Origin: Aulosira sp. ZfuVER01
GTDB taxonomy: Bacteria > Cyanobacteriota > Cyanobacteriia > Cyanobacteriales > Nostocaceae
Length of the DNA: 64,000 nt
Direction: 5' to 3'
NCBI GenBank assembly: GCA_034530615.2
Contig: JAVRCV020000040.1
Coordinates: 1-64,000 of the forward strand
This document shows positions 44,496 to 55,752 of the stretch, one piece after another. Positions within the stretch are counted from its first letter, which is position 1. Each line of letters opens with the position of its first letter. Below the pieces are notes generated by a model. It worked only from the letters and a program-made list of their open reading frames with translations. It was not told the origin of the DNA and searched no databases. The translations under genes were made by a program, and so were the position numbers.

Positions 44496-45000
44496 TTTGT
44501 ATTTTCTATTACTTTTTAAGTACTGTTTTATTCGAGATGCTCTGCAAGTTTCTATGGAATCGGGTGCTTTTTATTCAAAAATGGGTGTGTATAATATAGA
44601 ACTAGTAAAACGCCACTAACTTTCAGTAGGAGCTAAACTATAACAGCCTGACGATTTTTCTCCGTATAAATCTAAATTGGTAGCTTGAGCAGTGGTTCAT
44701 GTTCTAGTAATTTCCTTGATTGCTTCCAAATTGTTAATACTTTCTTCCCAGCAATTTTACTAGCTAGATGTAAAAATAATACGTACTGTTTGCTACAGAT
44801 ACAATTGTTAGCAAAAATCCTACAGCAAAAGCGTGCAATTAGATTGAAAAAATAGTAATGATAACTTAAATGAAAAGTTTGCTGCTGCATATCAGCCAGC
44901 TAATAGGATTTTTAGTTTAGCTCACTTAGATAACAGCAAAGCTGCTTGACTTTCCAAATAATAAAAAATTAACTAGTGATTGTTGTTGGGGGTAGATTTG

Positions 45001-48000
45001 ATGAATAGATTAACTTTTTATGTAATTTTGTTGCATAGTTTGTTTTTAGGAGTAACAACCGCCAGTGCTAAGTCACCACCTGGGAGTGGACTGAATACTG
45101 AGTTACGCACCCTACAGAAGGTAGTAAAAGCAGGAGTACAAAAGCCTTCTGATGCTCGCCAGCCAACCCTGGAACCTTTAAAGAAGGTGAACGCTGATTC
45201 AGAAAAAGTCGCTGCTTCTCTAGGACAAAGTTCTAAGCAAGTTTGGGTAATTAATCAAAACCAACAAGCACAGCCCCAAGGATTTAAGTGGATAGTTCAA
45301 GATCCCAAACAAGCGGGACAGCAACCATTTTTGCAAGCGGGAAAAACCCCAGATAAACCAAATGAAAAGCCTAACTCAACTAGTAAACCATCTAAAAAGG
45401 ATGATTTAGAGGCGTTTGACGAAGTTGTTAAAGAAACTGACAAGCAGCAAGGATTGTTCACCCTTTATCGCCAGAAAGAAAAGAACAAAATTTATCTTGA
45501 AATTCAGCCAGATCAGCTGAATAAAAATTACCTAGCTACATCAACCTTAGAATCTGGCATTGGCGAACAAGGCATTTATAGCGGTATGCCTCTGCAAGAT
45601 TTCTTGTTTTATTTCAAACGGGTGGATAATAACTTACAATTTACTATCCGGAATGTCAATTTTCGTACCCGTGAAGGAGATCCCCAGGCGCGATCGCTTG
45701 TTCGCTCTTTTAGTGACTCTGTACTCTACACTATTCCCATCAAAAGCATTCATCCCGAACGCAAAACTCTGCTCATCGACTTAGCCGATCTGTTACTCAC
45801 AGACTTAGCTGGCTTATCTTTAAGTTTGGGCGTCCCTGGCAGTACAGACCAATCTTATTTTGGTAATGCTAAAGTCTTTCCCGAAAACTTAGAAGTTGAG
45901 TCGATTTTAAATTTTTCTGGTGGTGGCAGTGGCGGTCGCGATAAGGAAGAGCTAAACTTCGAGTCGTTACCTGACAGCCGTGGTTTTACTCTGCGGGTTC
46001 ACTACAGTCTCTCCCAACTGCCAAACAATAAATACCTACCACGTGTAGCTGACGATCGCGTTGGCTATTTTATCACTGCCTATCAAGACTTATCTAAAGA
46101 CGATCGTGGCGATCCATTTGTGCGGTATATCAATCGCTGGAATTTGGAAAAAGAAGACCCCAAAGCCCCCATATCTCGACCTAAAAAACCGATTGTGTTT
46201 TGGATAGATAACGCTGTGCCTTATGAGTACCGCGATGCTATTAAAGAAGGAATATTAATGTGGAATAAGGCCTTTTTAAAGGCAGGATTCAAAGATGCCA
46301 TCGAAGCCCGCCAAATGCCAGATAATGCCACATGGGACCCAGCAGATATTCGCTACAACACAATTCGCTGGATTAATACAATAGATGGCTTTTTTGCTAG
46401 GGGGCCATCCCGCGTTAACCCCTTGACTGGGGAAATTTTGGATGCAGATATTATCGTAGATGGCAGCTTTGTACGTGTACTGAAGAATGAGTATCGACAA
46501 ATAGTACAACCCAACCAAGTATCTAGCCGTACTTCCTTAACAGAGTTGATGCAAAATAATCAGCTTTGCGTCAATAAGTTAGGCGGAAAATCCCAAGATA
46601 ATCAACAGAAGCAAAAGCCGATGTTGAGCCGTCTGGCGCGACTCGCTGGTGAGTCTGATTTATGCTATGGCATAGAAGCTGCTAACCAGTTTGCTTTGGG
46701 TGCAATGTCGATGACACTTCTACAAGACAACACATCCACTCAAGACCAATTGAAAGAGTATATTAATCAATACTTACGTTTAATTATCGCCCATGAAGTT
46801 GGTCATACTTTGGGGTTACGCCACAACTTCCGTGGCAGTAACTTATTAGCACCAGAGGATCTGAACAATAAGCAGATTACTACTAATAGAGGTCTAACTT
46901 CTTCGGTGATGGATTACATTCCCCCGAATATTGCACCCCAAGGTACGCAGCAGGGAGATTATTTTCCGAATATGGTAGGGCCTTATGATGATTGGGCAAT
47001 TCAGTATGGCTATATGCCAACTCAGGCCACAACTCCCATAGCCGAAAAGCCAATTTTGGAGGAAATAGCTAGCCAATCTGACAAACCAGAGTTGAGTTAC
47101 TCGACAGATGAAGATCGGTATGACCTCGACCCAACATCCAATGCTTGGGATAATAGCGGTAATGTACTGCGTTATTCTCAATGGCAACTAGATAATTCTC
47201 GCGTCATGTGGGAGCGTCTAACTAGACGTTACCCGGTTGCTGGTGAAAGTTATAGCGATTTGAGCGATCGCTTTGGCTCAGTATTGGGTAACTATTTCCA
47301 AAATATTTTTTACACTACAAAATATATTGGTGGGCAATCCTTTTATCGAGTCCGTGCTGGCGAAACCTCAACCAACAAGCTAGATATTCGTAAACGAAAA
47401 TTTCCATTTGAACCCGTACCAGTGGAGCAACAACGACAAGCATTAGAGACTTTGCAAAAGTATGTATTTGCAGAAGATGCTTTTAACTTTTCACCAGATT
47501 TGCTGAATAAGTTAGCACCTTCCCGTTGGTATCATTGGGGTAGCTATCCTTTGGTTGGGCGTTTAGATTACCCAATTCATGACTTAGTTTTGACTCTGCA
47601 AAGTGCAGTTTTGGTGGATTTACTTTCAGGCGATCGCCTTTCTCGTCTCAAGGACATCGAACTCAAGAGTCCTCATGGAAAATCACTGAGTATACCAGAG
47701 TTATTTGATACCTTACAAAATGGCATTTGGACAGAAGTTTTAAAACCCCAAGGCAAAGCATTGAAGATTTCCAGCCTGCGACGAGGCTTGCAGCGGGAAT
47801 ACGTGAATATCTTAAGCGATATAGTCTTACGCAAAGAATACGTACCAGAAGATGCACGCACATTGGCCTGGTATAAAATCCGGCAGCTAAACGAAAAACT
47901 TGCAGGAGTAAATTCCGAAGATGAATACACCAAAGCCCACATTCTCGAAACACGCGATCGCATTGAAAAAATCTTGAGTGCGCCGTTAAGGAGTAATTAG
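45001..48000 (+). CDS. Secreted zinc-dependent metalloprotease (metzincin, DUF5117/DUF4953-type)
   Basis: Signal peptide, DDRVGYF, GEILDAD, HEVGHTLGLRH, Met-turn SSVMDY. Confidence 0.9.
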   Translation: MNRLTFYVILLHSLFLGVTTASAKSPPGSGLNTELRTLQKVVKAGVQKPSDARQPTLEPLKKVNADSEKVAASLGQSSKQVWVINQNQQAQPQGFKWIVQDPKQAGQQPFLQAGKTPDKPNEKPNSTSKPSKKDDLEAFDEVVKETDKQQGLFTLYRQKEKNKIYLEIQPDQLNKNYLATSTLESGIGEQGIYSGMPLQDFLFYFKRVDNNLQFTIRNVNFRTREGDPQARSLVRSFSDSVLYTIPIKSIHPERKTLLIDLADLLLTDLAGLSLSLGVPGSTDQSYFGNAKVFPENLEVESILNFSGGGSGGRDKEELNFESLPDSRGFTLRVHYSLSQLPNNKYLPRVADDRVGYFITAYQDLSKDDRGDPFVRYINRWNLEKEDPKAPISRPKKPIVFWIDNAVPYEYRDAIKEGILMWNKAFLKAGFKDAIEARQMPDNATWDPADIRYNTIRWINTIDGFFARGPSRVNPLTGEILDADIIVDGSFVRVLKNEYRQIVQPNQVSSRTSLTELMQNNQLCVNKLGGKSQDNQQKQKPMLSRLARLAGESDLCYGIEAANQFALGAMSMTLLQDNTSTQDQLKEYINQYLRLIIAHEVGHTLGLRHNFRGSNLLAPEDLNNKQITTNRGLTSSVMDYIPPNIAPQGTQQGDYFPNMVGPYDDWAIQYGYMPTQATTPIAEKPILEEIASQSDKPELSYSTDEDRYDLDPTSNAWDNSGNVLRYSQWQLDNSRVMWERLTRRYPVAGESYSDLSDRFGSVLGNYFQNIFYTTKYIGGQSFYRVRAGETSTNKLDIRKRKFPFEPVPVEQQRQALETLQKYVFAEDAFNFSPDLLNKLAPSRWYHWGSYPLVGRLDYPIHDLVLTLQSAVLVDLLSGDRLSRLKDIELKSPHGKSLSIPELFDTLQNGIWTEVLKPQGKALKISSLRRGLQREYVNILSDIVLRKEYVPEDARTLAWYKIRQLNEKLAGVNSEDEYTKAHILETRDRIEKILSAPLRSN

Positions 48001-48002
48001 GT

Positions 48003-48144
48003 ATTGGGCATTGGGCAGTAGGCAAACAAGTAGTGTGGGAAGTGTGGGAGGATGGGGAAGACGGAGGGAGCTAATAAAGAAAGAGTGGTTCGTTTCTCCC
48101 CTCTCTCCCCACACTCCCCCATCCTTCTTGTCTTCCTTGTCCCG
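48003..48144. repeat. Dispersed purine/pyrimidine-arm hairpin element, copy 2
   Basis: Core near-identical to 31007-31066. Confidence 0.85.
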
Positions 48145-48209
48145 TTTGCTCTTTCCTAGTTCCTAGCAAAATATATTTAAAATGCTCACACAGGCTGAGA
48201 AAAAAGTTT

Positions 48210-48629
48210 ATGTCAGCTAGAGATAAATTTCACGACCTCGTGAAATCAGCATTACAGAAAGATGGGTGGCGAATTACTCACGATCCCTTATTAATTCGCA
48301 TAGAAGGTATTCCTGATATGTACATTGATTTGGGAGCAGAGAGAATTATTGCAGCAGAACGAGAAGGACAAAAAATAGCAGTTGAAGTGAAAAGTTTTAT
48401 AGGCACTTCAACTATTTCTGAGTTTCATACTGCAATCGGGCAGTTTATTAATTATCGATATGCTTTAGAAGAAATAAATGCTGGGCGAGTTTTATATTTA
48501 GCAGTTCCATTAAACACTTATAATGATTTTTTAAATAAACCGTTTATTCAAACTATTATCAAGCGTAGTCAAATAAATCTGATAGTTTACAATGTAGAAA
48601 CAGAGGAAATAATTCTATGGCTGATTTAG
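48210..48629 (+). CDS. xisH: XisH-family protein
   Basis: ARDKFH..VK.AL.KDGW.ITHDP, IDLGAE, IAVEVKSF, GQF.NY, LYLAVP. Confidence 0.93.
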   Translation: MSARDKFHDLVKSALQKDGWRITHDPLLIRIEGIPDMYIDLGAERIIAAEREGQKIAVEVKSFIGTSTISEFHTAIGQFINYRYALEEINAGRVLYLAVPLNTYNDFLNKPFIQTIIKRSQINLIVYNVETEEIILWLI

Positions 48630-48952
48630 AGAAATACCGGGAGTGTATTCGGCAATTAATTACAGAATATGCCCAAATGGCTGCATCTAATGATGAAATA
48701 GAAGCCCAAACAATTTTTGATGTAGAAAAAGACCATTACCAACTGATATATATTGGTTGGCAAAATAAACGTAGGGTTTTTGGGCCTGTGATGCATTTTG
48801 ATATCAAAAACGGCAAGATTTGGATTCAATGTAATGGTACAGAAGAAGATGTAGGTGAGAAACTAGCTACGATGGGAGTACCAAAACACGATATTGTCGT
48901 TGGCTTTCACCCGCCTTATATGCGTCAGTATACAGATTATGCCGTGAGTTAA
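48617..48952 (+). CDS. xisI: XisI-family protein
   Basis: DHYQL..IGW, HFDIKNGKIWIQ..GTE, GVPK.DIVVGF; overlaps the xisH 3' end. Confidence 0.93.
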   Translation: MADLEKYRECIRQLITEYAQMAASNDEIEAQTIFDVEKDHYQLIYIGWQNKRRVFGPVMHFDIKNGKIWIQCNGTEEDVGEKLATMGVPKHDIVVGFHPPYMRQYTDYAVS

Positions 48953-48995
48953 TTATCTAAAAAATTCCAAATTCTTGAATATGATTGCTAAATTT

Positions 48996-49028
48996 AGATC
49001 CCCGACTTCTACAAGAAGCCGGGGATCT
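48996..49028. terminator. Palindromic repeat / probable bidirectional terminator
   Basis: AGATCCCCGACTTCT-ACA-AGAAGCCGGGGATCT between convergent genes. Confidence 0.65.
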
Positions 49029-49057
49029 GGACAGTAATTTGCTACTTCTGCTTTTTC

Positions 49058-49795
49058 TTAACTACTCAATGCCTTTAAGAACCGTTGCAAACCTTTAAAT
49101 ACACCAGGCTTTTTCGCAGCAGGTGTAGCTTCGGTTGTTGTTTGGGCTTGTCCTTTCATGAGAATGAGATCCAATTCATCGCCTGATGGTTTTTGCGCTA
49201 ATTCGGCAATTATTTGATACTCGCCGTCTGTTTCTACCCAAACTTGCCATTGTCCAGGGTAGCAACGAAAGACAGCAGTTTGATCGTCTACAGGGCGTAA
49301 GTAGTAGCAAGATTCGATGTTACCAATGAAACGTTGGCGGACTTGTCTGGCTGCGTAACCAATACCGACAACGCCGAAATCTTCTAGGCGAGGGTTCAAA
49401 AGAACTACGGGGCGATCGCCTATTTCTTGGCAGAGTTTTTCCATCTGCGCTACTTCGACGGAACTAGGTGCAACAAACAGAAAAATTTCGTCTTCTGGCT
49501 GAACTTTGGAGCCGACAGCAGTTGCCCTACCTGTCCCAATATCCTCAATTTTAAATTTTGCATCTGCCCATTCACGGCGGGCAAGGGCAGCCGCGCCAGC
49601 ATCAGCAAAGAAAACCTTCAAGCGGGAATCGTATTCAGCAAGCGCAGGCAGAAAGTCTTCCGCCACTAGCATGTATTTGAGTTCGGGGAATACAAACTCA
49701 ACTTGTAAGCGAGTCTGTCCATCTGCCAAAGCAGCTTGGGTAGCTGTGCGAGATTGGGCGATCGCTTCTTCAAGACTCTTAGGAAGTTCACTCAT
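49058..49795 (-). CDS. DUF1995-family protein
   Basis: FADAGAAALARREW, LLNPRLE, GIG, YYLRP, RCYPG.WQV; start uncertain (alternative 49828). Confidence 0.85.
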   Translation of the reverse strand: MSELPKSLEEAIAQSRTATQAALADGQTRLQVEFVFPELKYMLVAEDFLPALAEYDSRLKVFFADAGAAALARREWADAKFKIEDIGTGRATAVGSKVQPEDEIFLFVAPSSVEVAQMEKLCQEIGDRPVVLLNPRLEDFGVVGIGYAARQVRQRFIGNIESCYYLRPVDDQTAVFRCYPGQWQVWVETDGEYQIIAELAQKPSGDELDLILMKGQAQTTTEATPAAKKPGVFKGLQRFLKALSS

Positions 49796-50023
49796 AGTCG
49801 GCATTATTACTTTGGTGTCTACTTCCATTGTTTCAGGATTGGCTCTCCGATCTGTATGGAAAAAAGGATTTTCCCAACTTTTTATTTTGAAAAGTTCAAA
49901 TGCTGGTTACTGCTAGAGATTTCCTCCACCGCGAATAATTTTATCTATACTAATAATTAAGAACTAATTTGTTAAGTCACCTCAGTTAGCAAAAATGGAG
50001 TTTTTAAACTCCTGTGAGGTCTT

Positions 50024-51265
50024 ATGAATCCCAATTTAAATTTATACGATTTAGTCATCAAAGATGGCTGGGTAATCGACCCTAGCCAATCTTTAAATGG
50101 ACATTATGATATCGCTATTAATAACGGCAGAATTGTAGGGTTTGCTCATGAGTTACCTGCCTACAAAGCTAAACAAACACTAGCAGCTAAAGGTTATTTA
50201 ATTTGTCCTGGCTTTATCGATCTACACGTTCATGTTTATGAGTGGATGACTACTTTTGGAATACCTGCTGATGATGTGGGGATAAATGCTGGTGTCACTA
50301 CAGTTGTCGATCAAGGTAGTAGCAGTGCTTTTACTTTTCCTGGCTTTAAATTAAATGTTGTTGAGCAAGCAAAAACCGATGTACGTTGCTTTCCTTTGGT
50401 TAACCATTTAGCGGCACAAACTTTAGGCGATAGTGAATCAGGTTTAGAAAATCCGCAAAAGGTAGAGATAGAACCACTAATTCAATTAGCCAAAGAAAAT
50501 CCGCAGATTGTTCGCGGCTTTAAAGCTCATGCAGAATCGGGAACTATATCTCGCTGGGGTATGGGTGTTTTAGAATTAGCTCGTAAACTTGGCGATCGCA
50601 CTCATTTACCTTTATATATTCATACAGGAGAATTATTTCCTGTAGTAGCAGGCAACCGACCCAAACCTGAAAAAATAGTAGAAAATGTATTATCCTATCT
50701 GCAAGCTGGAGATGTCATCGGTCACTGCTATAGTTGTCAGCCAGATGGGGTAATGGGAACACGTACCAAAGTCCCAAAATGGCTAATTGCAGCGATTGAT
50801 CGAGGTGTGCTTTTAGATTTAGGACATGGACTACAATTTAGCTTTGATATTGCTCGACGGATGATGGAGCAAGGAGTATTACCTAATATTGTGAGTAGCG
50901 ACGTTCACGGTGACTTTAATAACGTTCACGATGACTCGCATTTGAACTACAGTCTGTATGGTGCGCTTTCTAAACTCATGGCTTTGGGATTAGATTTAGA
51001 AAGCGCGATCGCTACTGTTACAATTAACCCAGCTCGTGTTTTAAAAGCTGAAGCAGAAATTGGCACTTTACAAGTTGGTTCAGTTGCAGATATCTCCATC
51101 CTCGAGATAGTAGAAGGTGATTGCATATTTTTTGATTCTCTAGGTCAGCAAGTGATAGCTAAACAAAAACTAGTGCCAAGGTGGGTAGTGCGTTCAGGAG
51201 AATTAATACAACCACATCGGCGTTTGCTAAGAGATTTAGAAATTTATACTCTGAGCAACGCATAA
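50024..51265 (+). CDS. Amidohydrolase (dihydroorotase-like/deacetylase family)
   Basis: PGFIDLHVH, GVTTVVDQGS, carboxy-Lys candidate GFKAH, IH, HC, SSDVH, VT.NPA. Confidence 0.88.
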   Translation: MNPNLNLYDLVIKDGWVIDPSQSLNGHYDIAINNGRIVGFAHELPAYKAKQTLAAKGYLICPGFIDLHVHVYEWMTTFGIPADDVGINAGVTTVVDQGSSSAFTFPGFKLNVVEQAKTDVRCFPLVNHLAAQTLGDSESGLENPQKVEIEPLIQLAKENPQIVRGFKAHAESGTISRWGMGVLELARKLGDRTHLPLYIHTGELFPVVAGNRPKPEKIVENVLSYLQAGDVIGHCYSCQPDGVMGTRTKVPKWLIAAIDRGVLLDLGHGLQFSFDIARRMMEQGVLPNIVSSDVHGDFNNVHDDSHLNYSLYGALSKLMALGLDLESAIATVTINPARVLKAEAEIGTLQVGSVADISILEIVEGDCIFFDSLGQQVIAKQKLVPRWVVRSGELIQPHRRLLRDLEIYTLSNA

Positions 51266-51289
51266 TTTAATTAATTGAATAGTAGCCCA

Positions 51290-51368
51290 TAGGGTGTTTT
51301 ATCGACTTTAGTTCTAACGCACCGAAAATCATTGGTGGTGCGTTGCGCTGCGCGACAACACACCCTAC
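51290..51368. repeat. REPIN-like nested palindrome
   Basis: TAGGGTGTT...ACACCCTAC outer arms, AACGCACC/GGTGCGTT inner arms. Confidence 0.65.
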
Positions 51369-51432
51369 TTGCTAATGACAAATGCCCATTTTTAAAGCAG
51401 GTCTAGCGATCGTCGGATAACACAAATTTACT

Positions 51433-54177
51433 TTATCGCTGATTACCTTGATTTAATTTTTGTAGAATTTCCTCCAACTCTTGCTGATACTTACCATACT
51501 CAGTCCAATTTCCTTGTTTGAGGGCTGCTTGTGCTTTTTGATAAGTTGCTAAGGCAGATTGAGCTAAAGTTGAAGTTGTGCTGGTTCCTGAACTCGGTAC
51601 TGCTTTCTCTACCTGTTCGCCGCCAAAAATCGCTGCTAGAGATTTATCTAGAGTTTCTTCCATGACTACTGCTTTGTCATAAGCCACAATTACTCGTTTT
51701 AATTCGGGTAATTCACCCTGTTCGGCTCGCAGATATACTGGTTCTACATAAAGTAAAGATTGCTCAATCGGAATCACTAATAAATCTCCGCGAATTACCT
51801 TAGAACCGGACTGACTCCACAAGGTAAATTGTTGGGAAATTTTCGGGTCTTGGTCAATTTTCGCCTCAATTTGTCTTGGGCCAAAGACCAGTTTTTGTTT
51901 GGGAAACTCATACAACAGCAATTTACCGTAGTCTTTACCATTAGAATGCGCCGCTATCCAAGCAATCATGTTGTCTTTGTTAGCAGGTGTAAACGGCAGA
52001 ATCATCATAAATCCTGCTTTCTCCTCTCCTGGTAAGCGCATGATTACATAGTATGGTTGCATTACTTGTTCGTTACCCTCGTAAGTCTGGATGGGAAAGC
52101 GCCACAAGTCTTCCCGGTTGTAAAATGCTTCTGGGTCACTCATATGGTAAGCCAGATACATTTGCGCTTGGATTTTTAACAAGTCTTGGGGGTAGCGAAA
52201 ATGCGCTTTTACCTCAGGGGGAATTGCTGTTTGAGGTTGAAACAAGTGCGGAAAAATTTGACTGTAGGTATGTAGTACGGGGTCGTTTGCATCAATCGCA
52301 AAAAACTGCATTGTACCGTCGTAGGCATCAACTACTACCTTAACTGAGTTACGGATATAGTTGATATCGCCGTGTAAAAGTTGCTCGTTATTTTCTCCCT
52401 TGAGATTGTTGGTTGCATTTTGACTGTGGGACAATGGCTGAGAATAAGGATAGCGATCGCTCACTGTATAGGCATCGACAATCCACTGTAATCTACCCTT
52501 GATAACTGTCAGGTAAGGGTCGCCATCAAACCGCAGAAATGGTGCAACATGTTCCAGCCTTTGCTCAATATTTCGGTAGTAATGGATACGCGACTGTTTA
52601 TCAAAGTAATTGGAGATTAAAATCTGGAGGCTGTTCAGGTCATAGGCATAAGCGAGTCTGTGCCAAAAGGTTGGTATCCGTACACCACCTTGACCGTTGT
52701 AGCTAGTAAAGGCATTTGTTCCACCGAGGGGATAGTCAAACTCTGGGGTTTTAGTACCAGTAAAAATATAGTTATTAGTTTCTTCACCATAGTAAATTGC
52801 AGGTTGGCTTACCTGAAGATCCACTTGGCTTACAGGCGGAATATCTTTGATATACAGTTGGGGTAAGCCATCGGACGTAACTTGGTTTACCGGACTCATC
52901 ACCAAGCCGTAGCCGTGGGTATACTTGAGACGTTGGTTTACCCAGGTACGTGCTTCTTGAGGTAACTGAGAGTAGGACAACTCCCTTCCTGAGAGCATTA
53001 CTTGTTGATAATTACCATTGAGAGTGTAGCGATCTACATCTACACTGTTAAATTTGTAGTAGAGGCGAATCTCTTGAATTTGGCGATAAGTGCTGAGAAG
53101 TGGACGGTAATCCCACAAGCGAATATTACGGATAGTTGGCTGATTTAACTGCAAATTTTGGCGATTGAGTTGGTTTTGCGCAGCGTAGTTCTGCTTTTCT
53201 ACCTCATTTAAACGATAAGCATTCTGAGTAAATTTAATATTGTTGGCAATGTAGGGCTTTTCTTTAATTAATTCGTTGGGTTCAACGATAAATTGTTGCA
53301 TAAACCAGGGGTAGATGCCGATGAGTGATATCAGGGCAATTACATATAAAAGAATTCCATTAAATAAAAGTGAAAATCTACTGCGTATAACGGAGAAACC
53401 GCACAAAAATGCTAATCCTAAAGTCAAAAGACTCATTACCGAATAAGCAAAAATTCGGGCATATACATCTGTATAGCCAGCACCAAAAGCTGCACCATTA
53501 GTTGAGTAAAGTAAACCGTAACGGTTGAGCCAAAATTTCACAGCAATCAATGCCAAAATTCCTGTTAAAAGCCAGCTTAAATGGCTATTTGCTTGCAGAT
53601 TCGGAAAATTTCGACCTTTGCGCCCTTGGGTTAAGCTGTCTTTCAGGAAATAGACAATAACTGAGATAATTAGCCCCAACACCAACAGAGATAATAACCA
53701 GTTACAGATAGCTTGATAAAGCGGTAACTGGAAAACGTAAAAACCAATATCTTGTTGAAAGATTGGATCGCGATTAGCAAAATTAGTAGTATGGAAATAT
53801 TTTAATATAGTTTCCCAAAGCGAAGTACTTGCACTGGCAGCACCTAAAGCTGTAAGAAAAATTAAAACGAAAGCTAATAAATTGATAAATATATCAGCAT
53901 AGTCAGCCAAATTACTGTCCGTCAACAAGCGAATTGAGCCGTAACGGGTACGATACATGGCAATTTTGTAATTGACCCAAAGAAATATTGCAAAGCAGAC
54001 AAAAGTGAATATCCAAAGAAGAATTTGCCAAGTTAATCTTGTCCAAAAGACTTCAGCAAAGCCAACAGCCTCAAACCACCATACTTCGGTGAGAATATGC
54101 ACTAGAATTTTAGATAGAGGCAGACCAATAATCACAATTAAAATGATTAGTGTCGTGCCTCTTTGTTGCAGGTTCAT
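51433..54177 (-). CDS. UPF0182-family membrane protein
   Basis: WF..VGF..VF, DPIF..DIGFYVF.LP, NIRLWD, YTHGYG, NYIRNSVK, HFRYP, LYVEPVY. Confidence 0.93.
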   Translation of the reverse strand: MNLQQRGTTLIILIVIIGLPLSKILVHILTEVWWFEAVGFAEVFWTRLTWQILLWIFTFVCFAIFLWVNYKIAMYRTRYGSIRLLTDSNLADYADIFINLLAFVLIFLTALGAASASTSLWETILKYFHTTNFANRDPIFQQDIGFYVFQLPLYQAICNWLLSLLVLGLIISVIVYFLKDSLTQGRKGRNFPNLQANSHLSWLLTGILALIAVKFWLNRYGLLYSTNGAAFGAGYTDVYARIFAYSVMSLLTLGLAFLCGFSVIRSRFSLLFNGILLYVIALISLIGIYPWFMQQFIVEPNELIKEKPYIANNIKFTQNAYRLNEVEKQNYAAQNQLNRQNLQLNQPTIRNIRLWDYRPLLSTYRQIQEIRLYYKFNSVDVDRYTLNGNYQQVMLSGRELSYSQLPQEARTWVNQRLKYTHGYGLVMSPVNQVTSDGLPQLYIKDIPPVSQVDLQVSQPAIYYGEETNNYIFTGTKTPEFDYPLGGTNAFTSYNGQGGVRIPTFWHRLAYAYDLNSLQILISNYFDKQSRIHYYRNIEQRLEHVAPFLRFDGDPYLTVIKGRLQWIVDAYTVSDRYPYSQPLSHSQNATNNLKGENNEQLLHGDINYIRNSVKVVVDAYDGTMQFFAIDANDPVLHTYSQIFPHLFQPQTAIPPEVKAHFRYPQDLLKIQAQMYLAYHMSDPEAFYNREDLWRFPIQTYEGNEQVMQPYYVIMRLPGEEKAGFMMILPFTPANKDNMIAWIAAHSNGKDYGKLLLYEFPKQKLVFGPRQIEAKIDQDPKISQQFTLWSQSGSKVIRGDLLVIPIEQSLLYVEPVYLRAEQGELPELKRVIVAYDKAVVMEETLDKSLAAIFGGEQVEKAVPSSGTSTTSTLAQSALATYQKAQAALKQGNWTEYGKYQQELEEILQKLNQGNQR

Positions 54178-54541
54178 GGGTTATATCGTATTTGGTTAAA
54201 GACTTATCATTAAGCCAGCAGATGGCAGGGTTAGAAAAGATTTTTATGTTTGTAAACAGATAAAGGAATTATAGCTAATTACTCTCACTTGAGATTATTA
54301 ATTTATTTGACAACAAACCCCTTTTTATTGATGCCCTCTGCCTTTTCATAACGACAATTTTAACGCCTACATGAATTGAAAATACTTTGTGCCTCTGTGT
54401 CTTACTGGGAAAAAATATTTAACCACAGAGACACAAAGACACAGAGAAAAATTTTCATTAGTTGTGGTGTACGCAGTTCACGATCTTTACCTAGCACAAT
54501 CTTGAGATTAGAAAACAAATTTGAGGAACTTGTGAGGAATC

Positions 54542-55741
54542 CTAAGTTAATAGATGCTGGCTGTTTTCATTACGATGTTTCTTTAGATACTCCATGAATG
54601 GTGTACCGCCTGTGCCAATATCGGTGTCGTTGTTGGATTTTGGAGTTTGCTGATGAATGTAGGAAGCCGCAAATTTGAGATGCTGAGTCCGGAATTGTTC
54701 TATGAGAGAAACGCAGTCATTATATAAATCTCTCAATTGAGGAACTGTATCTATGTGATTTTTGACGAAATCCCGCAGTGTCGATCGCTTTTCTACTTCT
54801 CTAATTAAGGTGCGGTGTTTAGGTGGCATATAATCCCGCATTTCTAGCAGGTATTCCCACAAAGGATCGTTTTGGTGGGCAATATTGAATAAAGCATCCA
54901 TCGTCGGCACGATCGCACTTTGCGCACCTGTCTCACCACGAAACTGCTGGGGTTGTTCGCCGTAAGCTTCTACGCCTTCATAGATCAGTCCTTCTGGTAA
55001 TGCAGGATTGTTTTTCCAAGCGTGAATGTAAGGACGCACGCGATTGTAGTAAATGTATGGATCGCAGGCTTCCGTCATCCGACTCATGGTGGTGTTAATC
55101 GTTGTCCATGCTTGTTTGATACTCTCTAAAGCATTGATGACAGTGGTAGTATTGCCTTGAGCAATTCCTTCTAAAATATTGGGAATCACCGCTAGCGCTG
55201 GTGCAGCTTTGGCTTCAATTTCAATGTGAATCAGGATAAACCAGTCTTCATCCAATCCACCTAAAAAGTTTTGCCAAATCGTGATGTTACCGATTTCGAT
55301 GGTTTCGGTTTCGTGAATTCGTACCCAGTTGTCTAAGGCGTAGGACGCATAAGATAATACAGGAGGCCTGCCCAGTTGTTGAGAAATCTTATAAAAAGGT
55401 ACAGCAATATTCCGTGGTAGCACTTTCACGGGTATGGGTTCACCCCAAATATATGCATGGGTTAGGTAAGCATACATCTGCATTGCTCTACGCAACTGCA
55501 TTTGATTCAAATTTTCTCGCTCTACGTCCACTTTGAAAATGTTCTCGATCGCGGAGCGAATCTTCCGCGTCGTCAGTAACTTGGGTAGCATCATCGCGGT
55601 TTTTTCGACTTGCCAAAAAATATCCGGCAATTGCGCCTCGGCTGGAGATTGCGTTGGTAAAAAACCAGTTTCTAGGCTAACTTCATAATCCTCCAGCTTG
55701 AGAGGATAGACAATTTTGTCTTTAGGTACAATTGCAGTCAT
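54542..55741 (-). CDS. Indoleamine 2,3-dioxygenase family heme enzyme
   Basis: GFLP, PPVLSYA, DEDWFILIH, RVRPY, GETGAQS, MRDYMPPKHR, FRTQH (proximal His), GTGGT. Confidence 0.9.
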   Translation of the reverse strand: MTAIVPKDKIVYPLKLEDYEVSLETGFLPTQSPAEAQLPDIFWQVEKTAMMLPKLLTTRKIRSAIENIFKVDVERENLNQMQLRRAMQMYAYLTHAYIWGEPIPVKVLPRNIAVPFYKISQQLGRPPVLSYASYALDNWVRIHETETIEIGNITIWQNFLGGLDEDWFILIHIEIEAKAAPALAVIPNILEGIAQGNTTTVINALESIKQAWTTINTTMSRMTEACDPYIYYNRVRPYIHAWKNNPALPEGLIYEGVEAYGEQPQQFRGETGAQSAIVPTMDALFNIAHQNDPLWEYLLEMRDYMPPKHRTLIREVEKRSTLRDFVKNHIDTVPQLRDLYNDCVSLIEQFRTQHLKFAASYIHQQTPKSNNDTDIGTGGTPFMEYLKKHRNENSQHLLT

Positions 55742-55752
55742 AATTCTTTGCC

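Noticed and set aside
44033..44890. 188-aa and 72-aa ORFs
   Set aside because: One is antisense to a real gene and the other lies in a divergent promoter region; no motifs
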